Shown piece after piece: positions 1 through 9,381 of a stretch of 64,000 nucleotides of DNA. Made by a program: the position numbers and the translations under genes. Origin of the DNA: Candidatus Aenigmatarchaeota archaeon. GTDB lineage: Archaea > Aenigmatarchaeota > Aenigmatarchaeia > PWEA01 > JACQIF01. The DNA lies in NCBI GenBank assembly GCA_016432325.1, contig CP066684.1:352001-416000 (forward strand), in the 5' to 3' direction. Every line of letters starts with the position of its first letter. Within the stretch, counting starts at the first letter, position 1. The notes beneath the pieces were generated by a model that did no database searches, was not told the DNA's origin, and saw only the letters and a list, made by a program, of their open reading frames with translations.

Positions 1-842
1 ACACCGCGCATCTTTATCTTCAGTTTTGTTATCTTTTCTATAGAGAGCTTGACGCGCTGGCGCTTCGCGGGCAGTCCGAAAGCCGAGCTGTCGACGGCCT
101 CTATCAACTTCGCATCGAGACCGAACACGCCCGCTACGGCAACGGCCCAATCATAGCGGTTGACGAAGTCGGAACCAACGACGTTGTATGTTCCCATCCT
201 TCCTTTATCGATAAGATCCAGAACCGCGTTTACGAAGTCAGGAATGTATGTCGGCGAGTTGTACCAGTCGCGCGGCTCGCGCACGCTCTCGCCTGCGCGC
301 ATCTTCTCGACCGCGCGCAAAACGGTGTTCGTCTTGTGCCACGGTTCCACGAGCCCGTAGGGCTGGGACGTACGAACGATGAGATGTTTGAGGCCCGACG
401 CACGCACGAGCTCCTCGCCTTTGAGTTTCGTGGCGCCGTAATAGTTTATCGCGTTAGGGATGTCATCCTCTGCGTACGCGTCCTTGGAACCATCGAAGAC
501 CGCTTCGGTAGAGACGTAGACGATTTTCGCGTTTGCCGTTTTGCAGGCGTTTATCACGTTTTCTGTTCCTTGCACGTTCACAGCATCGGCCAGCGCGCGA
601 TCCGTCTCGCACAGGTCGACGTTCGTCAATGCGCTGCAGTGCACCACGACACGCGGCTTGACCATCGATATCAGTTCAGAAACGGCCTTCGCGTCACGAA
701 TGTCCAAGGGGTGCGCGACAACTGTGCTCTGCCGCGGGTTGCGGCTCGCGTACGTGACGATGGCCTCGTCCCCCCGCGCGGCGAACGCCTTGGCCAACGC
801 GTAACCGAGCGTGCCGCTGCCTCCTGTGATGAGTACGCGCAT
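1..842 (-). CDS. dTDP-4-dehydrorhamnose reductase family (RmlD-like SDR), runs off the window
   Basis: Manual translation (not in ORF track): MRVLITGGSGTLG...ALTNVDLCE...YVSTEAVFDG...NYYGATKLKGE; Rossmann and YxxxK motifs. Confidence 0.85.
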   Translation of the reverse strand, partial: MRVLITGGSGTLGYALAKAFAARGDEAIVTYASRNPRQSTVVAHPLDIRDAKAVSELISMVKPRVVVHCSALTNVDLCETDRALADAVNVQGTENVINACKTANAKIVYVSTEAVFDGSKDAYAEDDIPNAINYYGATKLKGEELVRASGLKHLIVRTSQPYGLVEPWHKTNTVLRAVEKMRAGESVREPRDWYNSPTYIPDFVNAVLDLIDKGRMGTYNVVGSDFVNRYDWAVAVAGVFGLDAKLIEAVDSSAFGLPAKRQRVKLSIEKITKLKIKMRG

Positions 843-893
843 ACAAGAGGAACGGCTGTAGGCTTTATATTGCTTGCGCACGAAGCTTCTGCC

Positions 894-2147
894 ATGAAAA
901 TCGGCCGCTACAAAAAGAACGACCGCTGCCGCGCCTGCGACAGCACGAGCCTCAAGATGTTCCTCGATTTGGGGCTGATGCCTCTGATAAACAACATGCT
1001 GAACGAAGAGCAGCTCAAGGACGCCGAGAACGAACCACATTATCCTCTCGAAGTGTATCTTTGCACCAACTGCGGGCTCGTCCAGCTCATACACGTCGTG
1101 CCGCCGGAAGACATGTTCTCTCATTACGTGTACCTCACGTCGACGTCTTCAACGATGGTCGCGCATCTGAAGGGGATGACAGACGACATCTACGAACGCT
1201 TCCTGAAGAGCAAGACCGAAGCGATGGCCGTGGACATAGGCAGCAACGACGGCACGCTCCTGAAGGGCTACCTTCCGCACGGCGTGGACGTGCTGGGCAT
1301 CGACCCGGCCGTTAACGTGGCTGAACTCGCAAACAAGTCCGGCGTGCGCACGATGGTGGCATTCTTCGGCGAGCAGACGGCAAAAGACGCGGCCAAGGCT
1401 TTCGGCAAGGCAGACGCGATAACGGCCACGAACGCCTTCGCGCACATAGACGACTGGGCGTCCGTGATACGCGGCGTCGACGCTCTCCTGAAGGACGACG
1501 GAGTGTTCGTGATAGAAGCGCCGTACCTCGTCGACCTGATAGACCACACCGAATTCGACACGATATACCACGAGCATCTTTCGTATGTCTCTCTCACGCC
1601 GCTCACCAAGCTCTTCCCCAAGTTCGGCATGGAGGTCTTCGATGTAAAGCGCCTCCCCATCCACGGCGGCTCTCTCAGAATCTTCGTCTGCAGGAAGGAC
1701 GCGCACAAGATTACGAAGAACGTCACAGCGATGCTCGAGGACGAGGAGCAGCGCAAGCTGACGGAACTCGAAACCTACAAGCAGTTCGCCAAGCGCGTCG
1801 AGGACCTGAAGACGGACTTCGTCAAGATTCTCCAAGGCTTCAAGAAACAGGGTAAGCGCGTGGCAGGCTACGGCGCGGCCGCCAAGGGGAACGTCCTCCT
1901 GAACTACTTCAAGGTCGGCCCGGAGACAATAGACTTCATCGCCGACAAGAATCCGCTGAAACAGAATCTATATACGCCGGGAATGCACATACCCGTTTAC
2001 GCGCCGTCAAAGATAGCAGAGGAAGAGCCCGACTATCTGGTCGTGCTGGTCTGGAACATCGCCAAGGAGATTATGGAAGAGCAGCGGGCGTACAAAGAAA
2101 ACGGCGGCAAGTTCGTCGTCCCGATACCGAAGCCGACGGTCGTTTGA
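894..2147 (+). CDS. NDP-hexose C-methyltransferase (Zn-binding N-domain, SAM domain, C-methyltransferase C-domain)
   Basis: CRAC...CTNC Zn motif, DIGSNDG, YHEHLSY, HGGSLR, GYGAAAKGN; start moved to ATG 894, downstream of a TATA at 864-869. Confidence 0.9.
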   Translation: MKIGRYKKNDRCRACDSTSLKMFLDLGLMPLINNMLNEEQLKDAENEPHYPLEVYLCTNCGLVQLIHVVPPEDMFSHYVYLTSTSSTMVAHLKGMTDDIYERFLKSKTEAMAVDIGSNDGTLLKGYLPHGVDVLGIDPAVNVAELANKSGVRTMVAFFGEQTAKDAAKAFGKADAITATNAFAHIDDWASVIRGVDALLKDDGVFVIEAPYLVDLIDHTEFDTIYHEHLSYVSLTPLTKLFPKFGMEVFDVKRLPIHGGSLRIFVCRKDAHKITKNVTAMLEDEEQRKLTELETYKQFAKRVEDLKTDFVKILQGFKKQGKRVAGYGAAAKGNVLLNYFKVGPETIDFIADKNPLKQNLYTPGMHIPVYAPSKIAEEEPDYLVVLVWNIAKEIMEEQRAYKENGGKFVVPIPKPTVV

Positions 2148-2204
2148 TTCCTCTTCGAACTGCGTTCCGGTGTCCTATTTAAAACTTTCTCCCGTTATAC
2201 CTTA

Positions 2205-2873
2205 TTGGTAATCATGCCTTTCGTAAAGCGCGTAATTTTCGACATGGACGGCACGCTGGTGAACAGCATGCCAACGTACACAGGCGCCTTCGCGGATGTT
2301 ATGGGGAAACGCGGTGTTCCCCGCGACGAGGCTGGCTCTTTTCTCATAAACTCGGCTGGAACGCCACTGCAGCAGCAGTTCTACGCATTGATCGGAAAGC
2401 ACGACATCAAGGCAGATATCGATGAGTGCACAGCCGAGTTCTGGGAGATAGTTAAAAGGTCGACTCCTGTCGCTTTTGCAGATACGGAAAGCGTCGTACG
2501 CACGCTGCGCAACCAAGACCGCAGGCTGTACATAACCACAGGCACCAAGACAGAAGAGGCGAAATTGCGCCTCGGGGCCGTGGGTATAGCACATTATTTC
2601 GATTTGATTCTGGGAGACGGCGGAGGCCTGACGAAAGGGCCGGAACACATGGAAGCCATAAGGAAGCATCTTGGAGAAGACAACTTCGAGAGGTCCGCTG
2701 TCTACGTCGGAGACGGCCCCGCCGACATGCGGTTCGCGACAGAAGCGCGCATAATCCCCATAGGGATCACGCACACAGTGCAACGGCAGAGACTGGAAGA
2801 CGCAGGAGCCCTCCGCGTCATAGACTCTCTGGACGAACTGCCGCCGCTGCTCGCAGAACTTGACGTGGCCTAA
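2205..2873 (+). CDS. HAD-family hydrolase/phosphatase
   Basis: FDMDGTL motif I, TT motif II, K motif III, GDGPAD motif IV. Confidence 0.85.
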   Translation: MVIMPFVKRVIFDMDGTLVNSMPTYTGAFADVMGKRGVPRDEAGSFLINSAGTPLQQQFYALIGKHDIKADIDECTAEFWEIVKRSTPVAFADTESVVRTLRNQDRRLYITTGTKTEEAKLRLGAVGIAHYFDLILGDGGGLTKGPEHMEAIRKHLGEDNFERSAVYVGDGPADMRFATEARIIPIGITHTVQRQRLEDAGALRVIDSLDELPPLLAELDVA

Positions 2874-2921
2874 ACGCGCTTTTATAGGCTTCTTCTGTAT
2901 TTTGGTTGTTTGGGTGTGCAT

Positions 2922-3596
2922 TTGAGAATCTACGCTATAATACCTGGGCTCAACGTGGCCGGAACAGTGGGCCCTGTCGTCAGGGAAACCAGAAGACATG
3001 TCAACCGCGTCATTTTCGTCGACGACGGCTCTACTGACAAGAGCGGCGCCGTCGCCAAGAAGGCGGGCGCGCATGCCATCGTACTGGATAGAAACTACGG
3101 AAAGGGCTTCGCTCTTCGCGCAGGAATGAAGCAGGCGCTCAGGGAAGGCGCGGACGTAATCATTACTCTGGATTCCGACGGCCAGCACTATCCGAAATAC
3201 ATTCCGGCGTTTCTCCGGGCGTTGCGCGACGCGGACGTCGTGATAGGCTCGCGATACGCGGGACGCTTCTACACCCTCACGAGAAACGTCATAGGCAATT
3301 ACGGGTTGAGTTTCATCACAAACATCCTCGCGTCAGGCCCGCAGGGATTCTTGCGCCACAGGTGGATAGCCGACACGGAGTCAGGCTTCCGCGCCTTCCG
3401 CGCTGGCGCCCTCCGCAGGATGGACCTTCGGGGGATGAGATACGAAATAGAGGCCGAATGTGTCTACGAAGCCATGAGAAAGGGCTTAAAGGTCGTGGAA
3501 GTGCCGATCGTCACGCGTGCGCGCATAAAGGGAGTGCGCATCCGCGACGGTGTCAGCAACGGCCTATATTTATTCAAGAAGGCGTTTAGGCTGTGA
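2922..3596 (+). CDS. GT2 glycosyltransferase, polyprenol-phosphate mannosyltransferase (DPM1)-like
   Basis: VDDGSTD, NYGKG, TLDSDGQH, DTESGFR; TTG start after GGGTG. Confidence 0.85.
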   Translation: MRIYAIIPGLNVAGTVGPVVRETRRHVNRVIFVDDGSTDKSGAVAKKAGAHAIVLDRNYGKGFALRAGMKQALREGADVIITLDSDGQHYPKYIPAFLRALRDADVVIGSRYAGRFYTLTRNVIGNYGLSFITNILASGPQGFLRHRWIADTESGFRAFRAGALRRMDLRGMRYEIEAECVYEAMRKGLKVVEVPIVTRARIKGVRIRDGVSNGLYLFKKAFRL

Positions 3597-3604
3597 GTGG
3601 TTGA

Positions 3605-5167
3605 ATGGAAATAAGGAAAGAGACCCTCAAGAACGTGGCGTGGCTGTCCTTGCTGTTCATATGCCTCGGTTCGATATTCTACTCAGAGGCGCTGGTAAGT
3701 GAGCGCACGACGATACTGTTCGGCGACGAGGGGTATTGGGGCGTTCTGGGCAAATGGACGGCCCAAACGATGAAATTGCCGACAGACCCCATCTATTCGG
3801 GCGGCACGAACGTCTACACTGAAAAGTTCACCAACACGTACCTGCACGCGCTGTTCACGGCCGGCCTGTTCAGGCTTGGAGGGGAGCCGCTCGTCAAAGC
3901 GTCCAGTCCGTTGCTGGTGTTGATGACGTCTCTTCTTGTGTTCGTATTCGTCAGGCGCATGTACGGCATAGAGGCGGCCTCTTTCTCTACCATCCTGTTC
4001 GCGTCCTTGCCATCCGTCGTAACGCACGGCGTCTTGCTGTACTCAGACATGCTCCTGACGCTGTTCGTTCTCGCCTCCTTCGTGCTTCTTCACAGAGGTC
4101 TTTCTGGCAACAGCTCCAAACACCTGCTCCTTGCAGGAATATTCGGAGGCCTTGCCATGCTGACCAAGGAGAGCGGCTTCCTCCTGATGCCGCTGTATGC
4201 GCTGGCGATCCTGACGTTCGACAAGAAACTCGACGCGCCGTTCCTGAAGAAGTGCGCCGTTGTCGCCGGCGCAGCGCTTCTGGTAGCGCTGCCTTGGTAC
4301 GGCATCCACAACTACCTGCAGTTCGGTACTCTGGGATCCATCCCGATAGTAGGCAGCGCTGTGGTGGAGTACACAGGCACAGGCCTCCAGTCCGCGGCAG
4401 AGTTCGCCGGCCGAACCGCGGGAGGCGGCACAGAAGCGTCGGTGACAGGATACGGCCTTCTGAACTACGCGTCGTTTGCGTACACGATAGGCGTATTCTT
4501 CCTCGCGATAGGCGGCTTCTCTTACATGGCATACAGCAAGCGCAAGCAGGATTACTTGTGGCTCCTTTTCACACTTCTGCTCTTCGCAATCCCGCTCTAT
4601 CTCGGCAACTGGAGGGCGGAGGACGCCGCGCGTTTCACGCTTCCGGCCGCACTCGGCTTCGGCGCGGCGGCAGGGCTCTTCTGCAGTGAGATATACAAGA
4701 ACCTCAGGACCTTCGGCGGAACCGCGGGCAAAATCGCCGCCGTATCGTTCGTGCTGGTACTGACGCTCACTACCGCGCTGACCGGCGTGGCCAAGGCGGA
4801 CGGTCTCGCCGGAATAAAGGTCTTTCCCCAGGGATTCTACGACGGATGCGATTGGATAAGAGAGAACACGCCGCAGGACGCCGGGTTCATGACCCTCTGG
4901 TCGAGCCGCGCCGCCTACCACTGTGAACGCGATTTCTACTGGTCTCACCTGCCGGACTTCAACGACATAATCCTCGGCGACGCAGACCTGACATACACGA
5001 AGCTCAACGAGCATGGAATAGACTACATATACATACAGAAGTTCTCGATAAGCTTCCAGCCCCTCGTGGAGTCTTACCCACTGGAGTTCGTAAGGAAACT
5101 GGAAGATACAGACAAATACGAGAATGTATACGAGAACGCAGACGTCATAGTGTTCAAGGTGAAATGA
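3605..5167 (+). CDS. GT-C membrane glycosyltransferase (ArnT/PMT-like) with soluble C-terminal domain
   Basis: Multiple TM helices, GDE loop, YSD, GLAMLTK motif. Confidence 0.75.
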   Translation: MEIRKETLKNVAWLSLLFICLGSIFYSEALVSERTTILFGDEGYWGVLGKWTAQTMKLPTDPIYSGGTNVYTEKFTNTYLHALFTAGLFRLGGEPLVKASSPLLVLMTSLLVFVFVRRMYGIEAASFSTILFASLPSVVTHGVLLYSDMLLTLFVLASFVLLHRGLSGNSSKHLLLAGIFGGLAMLTKESGFLLMPLYALAILTFDKKLDAPFLKKCAVVAGAALLVALPWYGIHNYLQFGTLGSIPIVGSAVVEYTGTGLQSAAEFAGRTAGGGTEASVTGYGLLNYASFAYTIGVFFLAIGGFSYMAYSKRKQDYLWLLFTLLLFAIPLYLGNWRAEDAARFTLPAALGFGAAAGLFCSEIYKNLRTFGGTAGKIAAVSFVLVLTLTTALTGVAKADGLAGIKVFPQGFYDGCDWIRENTPQDAGFMTLWSSRAAYHCERDFYWSHLPDFNDIILGDADLTYTKLNEHGIDYIYIQKFSISFQPLVESYPLEFVRKLEDTDKYENVYENADVIVFKVK

Positions 5168-6177
5168 CGATGGCCCTCGAAATTCTGTCCGTGGCGCTGC
5201 TGGCGTTTCTCACGACGCTCTTTTTGCTGCCGCGCTTCAAGGCGTACTTGGAGAATTCGGGCGTCGTAGGCACGGACGTTCAGAAGGCCGACAAGCCGTG
5301 GATGGCCTCTTCTGGCGGGCTGCCCGTCGTATTCGGCTTCCTCGCAGGCGTCCTGGCGTTCGTCTTTTTCGACGGGTTCCTGCTGTTCTTCAAGACAGAC
5401 CTTGCCAAGATATTCGCCGGCACGCTGTCTGTTGTTCTGGCGATGCTTGTTGGACTTCTCGACGACATACACTCGCGACGCAGGGGCTCGAGGCGTCTCG
5501 GCGTCCATGTCGGTCTCAGGCAGTGGCAGAAGCCTCTCCTGACGCTCGCCGCGGCCGTGCCTCTCATGGTCTCGAAAGCCGGAGTGACGCTGATATCCGT
5601 CCCGTTCTTCGGCAACGTGGACTTTGGCGTCTTGTATCCCCTGTTCCTCGTGCCTGTGGCCGTCGTCTGCGTCACGAACGCGGCAAACATGCTGGCAGGC
5701 ATGAACGGCCTTGAGGCAGGCATGGGTTCTGTGGCGCTGCTGGGCGCAGGGACTTACGCCCTCATCTCAGGCAATCTCGAAGGCGCGGCCATAGGACTCT
5801 CCGCTGGCGCCGCGCTGCTGGCCTTCCTCGTCTTCAACTTCTATCCGGCGCGCATACTCCCCGGAGACAGTTTGACGTACCTGATAGGCGCCGCCTTCAT
5901 TGCAACCATAATCGTCGGCAACATCGAAAAGTTCGGAGCCATCGTCTTCATGCCTTGGATCGCGGAAGCGTTCCTCAAACTGCGCTCGGGCTTCCGGGCT
6001 GAATCCGTGGGAGTGCTGCAGCCGAACGGCACGCTCAGGTCAAAGCACGACAAGATATATTCGCTGACGCACGTCGGAATGAGACTCGGTCTCACCGAGA
6101 AACAGATAACGACATCCCTGATACTTCTGGAACTCGCGCTCGTGCTGCTGGCGTTCAGATTCGTAACAACCGTTTAA
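5164..6177 (+). CDS. UDP-GlcNAc:dolichol-phosphate GlcNAc-1-phosphotransferase (AglH/Alg7-like)
   Basis: GLLDD, NAANMLAGMNGLEAG, FNFYPARILPGD. Confidence 0.85.
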   Translation: MTMALEILSVALLAFLTTLFLLPRFKAYLENSGVVGTDVQKADKPWMASSGGLPVVFGFLAGVLAFVFFDGFLLFFKTDLAKIFAGTLSVVLAMLVGLLDDIHSRRRGSRRLGVHVGLRQWQKPLLTLAAAVPLMVSKAGVTLISVPFFGNVDFGVLYPLFLVPVAVVCVTNAANMLAGMNGLEAGMGSVALLGAGTYALISGNLEGAAIGLSAGAALLAFLVFNFYPARILPGDSLTYLIGAAFIATIIVGNIEKFGAIVFMPWIAEAFLKLRSGFRAESVGVLQPNGTLRSKHDKIYSLTHVGMRLGLTEKQITTSLILLELALVLLAFRFVTTV

Positions 6178-7117
6178 CGATGCCCATGGAGACTCCAAGC
6201 AATATCGCATATGTCCTGAGAACCGATATCATAGGCGACGCCAGTCCCACCAGAGGGTCTTTCTGCAGGGAGTAGAGCGCGAGGGGGAGCGTCCCCAAAA
6301 GAAGGGCCAGAACGGCTGTCGCAAATGGAAAAGGACTCATTACGCGCAACGTCCATCCGATGAACAGAAGGGGGATGACGCCTGCCAAGGCTATCTCAAA
6401 CAACAGGGAGGGCGGCTTGTAGGTGTCCTTCCCGAGGTTGCCCGGGTGTTTGGAATAGAGCGACGCTCCCCAGTATCCGCGACGGAACTTCTGGGAAAGA
6501 TATTTGTGCAACGTCTGCGGATGCCTGTGCGCTACGCGCGCTCTCGGATTAAACGCGATCACGTATCCCTTCTTCGTCAGCCTGTACGAGAGTTCCGCGT
6601 CTTCGGCCTCCTTCTGCGCGGGGTCGAATCCGCCCATGTCCCGCAGCGCGGCGCGCCTTATCGCCGCGGAGTATGTGGCCAACGAATTGATGCCCTTCCT
6701 TTCGAAACGCCTGTAGCGAAGTTCTATCTCGTACTGGGCGTACCGCGACACCACCGTTCCCTTCGAGCCTGCGTATACTCCCTGAACGGCGTCCGCCCCC
6801 TTCTCCACTGGCCTCAGCATCTCCCTGAGCCAGCCGCGTTCAGGCACGCAGTCAGCATCCAGAAATACCACCGTGTCCCCGCGGGCGCGCGACCAACCTT
6901 CGTTTCTTGCGACGGCAACGCCTTCCCGCTTCGTACGTTTGATGTGAACGACGCCGCGGCGCGCACGCACAATGCGTTCTGTATCGTCGTCAGAGGGATC
7001 CGTCACTACAATGACTTCGTAGCCTCTCCGCGGGTAGTCCTGCCTCAGGACCGCGTCAAGGCACTGGCCCAGCGTGCGGGCCGCATTGTATGCCGGAATT
7101 ATGACAGAAGCTTCCAT
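6155..7117 (-). CDS. GT2 glycosyltransferase with C-terminal TM segments
   Basis: SVIIPAYN, FLDADC, GGFD...ED. Confidence 0.85.
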   Translation of the reverse strand: MEASVIIPAYNAARTLGQCLDAVLRQDYPRRGYEVIVVTDPSDDDTERIVRARRGVVHIKRTKREGVAVARNEGWSRARGDTVVFLDADCVPERGWLREMLRPVEKGADAVQGVYAGSKGTVVSRYAQYEIELRYRRFERKGINSLATYSAAIRRAALRDMGGFDPAQKEAEDAELSYRLTKKGYVIAFNPRARVAHRHPQTLHKYLSQKFRRGYWGASLYSKHPGNLGKDTYKPPSLLFEIALAGVIPLLFIGWTLRVMSPFPFATAVLALLLGTLPLALYSLQKDPLVGLASPMISVLRTYAILLGVSMGIVKRLLRI

Positions 7118-7133
7118 ACACTAAGAGCGGAGG

Positions 7134-7187
7134 CAACGCTTTTAAGGCTTTGCATGGAGCGAAGCCTAAAACAACGCTTTTAAGGCT
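7134..7187. promoter_or_regulatory. Duplicated BRE-TATA (CAACGCTTTTAAGGCT x2) with intervening inverted repeat, between divergent genes
   Basis: 16-bp direct repeat at 7134-7149 and 7172-7187. Confidence 0.55.
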
Positions 7188-7207
7188 CTCGATGCCCAAT
7201 CGCTGGT

Positions 7208-8293
7208 ATGATAGTGATAACCTACGGCACCATAGGCGAGCTCGTCAAGCTGTCTTCCCTGATACGTCACTTGAAGGCGCACGGAACAGAATTCGTGACA
7301 GCCAACCTCAACCAGCACGGCTTCTCAGGGACGCATGAGGCTCTCGGCCTGCCAAAGCCCGACTATCAGGTTGGGGTTTCCCTTCGCGAGCTCACGTCGT
7401 CGCGACTGAGACTCCTGCCCGGCCTTTTGAAATGGCGTTCGGAAGCGATGCGCCTGCTGGCGGCAGCAATGGGCATGCACGAACGGTCTGTGGTGGTCGT
7501 GCACGGCAATACCCTTTCGGCCACGACGGCGATGGACGCGTATAGAAAGAGAAGGCGCCTCAACGACCGTCTCGTTCACGTCGAGGCAGGCGTCCGCGCC
7601 ATATATCCGCGAAAACCCGACATCAACAACTGGAGGCGCGCGGCTCTGGCAGACCGCATGTACCGCAAAGGCGACCGTCTGGCAGATCTTAATCTCGCCG
7701 TGATGAAGAGCAGCGTGAAGAACCTCCGCAAAGAGGGAATAGGAAACGTCGTTTACGCGCAGGACCCGATGGTTGAAATCGTCCGCGACGCCCTTGCCAG
7801 AAAGTCCACCATGCGCATTCCGAAGGAAAGGTACGTTCTGGTCAACGTCACAAGAAGCGTGGACAGCAGGAAAAAGGCGCGTGAGATGCTGAGAGTCATG
7901 GAACGTTCGCGCTTCCGCTTCGTCTTCACATCGCGACCCAAGCTCATGGACAAGCTCAAGTCTTACGGTTTGTACGAGGCGTGGCACGCCCTGCCAAACC
8001 TTCATATGGCAGGTTCGGTGAGTTTTGCAGACATGATACACTTGCGCGCGCGGGCCGCGGCGTCGATGACGGACAGCAACTCGATGCAGGAGGAGTGCGC
8101 CGTTCTGCGCAACCCTTGTATCGTCACGAACGACTTCATCCAGTTCCCCGAACTGCTGAATAGCATGCACGTGACAGGCGTTGATACGGAAGCGATGCTG
8201 AACGCGTTGGAAAGCCCGCGCAAGAAATGGCCGAAGATAGGGGACGGCCGCGCGACAGCGCGCATGGCGCAGGCTATAGAGGGACTCGAATGA
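7208..8293 (+). CDS. UDP-N-acetylglucosamine 2-epimerase family protein (divergent)
   Basis: YGT..ELVKL, VHGNT, HVEAGVR, TDSNSMQEE, IGDGRAT. Confidence 0.75.
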   Translation: MIVITYGTIGELVKLSSLIRHLKAHGTEFVTANLNQHGFSGTHEALGLPKPDYQVGVSLRELTSSRLRLLPGLLKWRSEAMRLLAAAMGMHERSVVVVHGNTLSATTAMDAYRKRRRLNDRLVHVEAGVRAIYPRKPDINNWRRAALADRMYRKGDRLADLNLAVMKSSVKNLRKEGIGNVVYAQDPMVEIVRDALARKSTMRIPKERYVLVNVTRSVDSRKKAREMLRVMERSRFRFVFTSRPKLMDKLKSYGLYEAWHALPNLHMAGSVSFADMIHLRARAAASMTDSNSMQEECAVLRNPCIVTNDFIQFPELLNSMHVTGVDTEAMLNALESPRKKWPKIGDGRATARMAQAIEGLE

Positions 8294-9381
8294 GAATAGT
8301 GATGACAGGCTACACGACCCCGAACAGCGGCGTGACTGGAATGGGCCTCGGCATCAGCAAGTACACGTACAACGTGGCCCGCGAACTCGTCGGCATGGGC
8401 CACGACGTCACGCTCTACGTTCGCGCCGATTACGAACCCAAGGAGGACTGGATTAAAACGGTCAAGACGCCGACCAAGGTGTGGCTCGCCTACCCAACGT
8501 TCCTCCAAAAAGCGGTCGCGCACGAACGCGCAGACGTCTTCCACGGAGACTACATCCACACAGGCATGGCACTCCTCAAGGCAAACAAGCACCCGCTTGT
8601 CGTGACGGTTCACGATGTGATACCTTTCATAGAACCGCATCCGCTGAAGGACGCTTTCTACGTCTGGTTGCACAAGAGACGCCACATGATTCTCCAGCGC
8701 GAGGCAGAGGCGCTTATCGTGCAGACGGGTTACATGAAGAAAAAGACGGTCGAAACGACGCGCGCCGACCCATCGAAGGTATTCTACGCGTTCTCCGGCG
8801 TCGATCTGGACTACTACTATCCTAAAACGATCGCAAAAAAGAAGGGCATAATAAAGATAGGATACCTGGGCGGAATAGACGGACGGAAGAATGCCGTTCT
8901 TCTGGTCCGCGCGTTCGCCCTGCTCTCGAAGAAGTATAAAAACATCGAGCTGCACATAGGAGGGTCAGGACGCACGCTCGATGCGCTGAAGGCGTTGGGC
9001 GTCGAGCGCGCCTATTTCCACGGCCGCATTCCGCAGGGCAAGGAGAACGATTTTTTGAACGCTCTCGATATTTTCGTCTTCCCGTCGCTGCAGGAAGGCT
9101 TCGGCCTGATGCAGATAGAAGCGATGGCCGCCGGCCTGCCTGTCGTGGGCACGACGGCCTGCACGTCCCCGGAACTAGTGGACGGCGCGGGCCTCATGGC
9201 CGAGCCGACGCCCGAGGACGTCGCCGCAAAAGTCGAGACGCTCGTCAATGATGAGACACTGCGCAAGAGTCTGGGCCGAAAGGGCCGCGAGCGTGCGCGC
9301 CTGTTTTCGTGGAGGAAAATAGCGGAGGGGACGCTTGAAATCTACAAAACCGTCATTGAGCGCTACGCGTCTACCACTTGA
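8290..9381 (+). CDS. GT4 glycosyltransferase
   Basis: FPSLQEGFGL..IEAMAAGLP (EX7E); ATGA overlap with upstream stop. Confidence 0.9.
   Translation: MRIVMTGYTTPNSGVTGMGLGISKYTYNVARELVGMGHDVTLYVRADYEPKEDWIKTVKTPTKVWLAYPTFLQKAVAHERADVFHGDYIHTGMALLKANKHPLVVTVHDVIPFIEPHPLKDAFYVWLHKRRHMILQREAEALIVQTGYMKKKTVETTRADPSKVFYAFSGVDLDYYYPKTIAKKKGIIKIGYLGGIDGRKNAVLLVRAFALLSKKYKNIELHIGGSGRTLDALKALGVERAYFHGRIPQGKENDFLNALDIFVFPSLQEGFGLMQIEAMAAGLPVVGTTACTSPELVDGAGLMAEPTPEDVAAKVETLVNDETLRKSLGRKGRERARLFSWRKIAEGTLEIYKTVIERYASTT

Noticed and set aside
336-893. 186-aa N-terminal extension of the C-methyltransferase ORF
   Set aside because: Antisense shadow of the RmlD-like gene; real start is ATG 894 after a TATA box.
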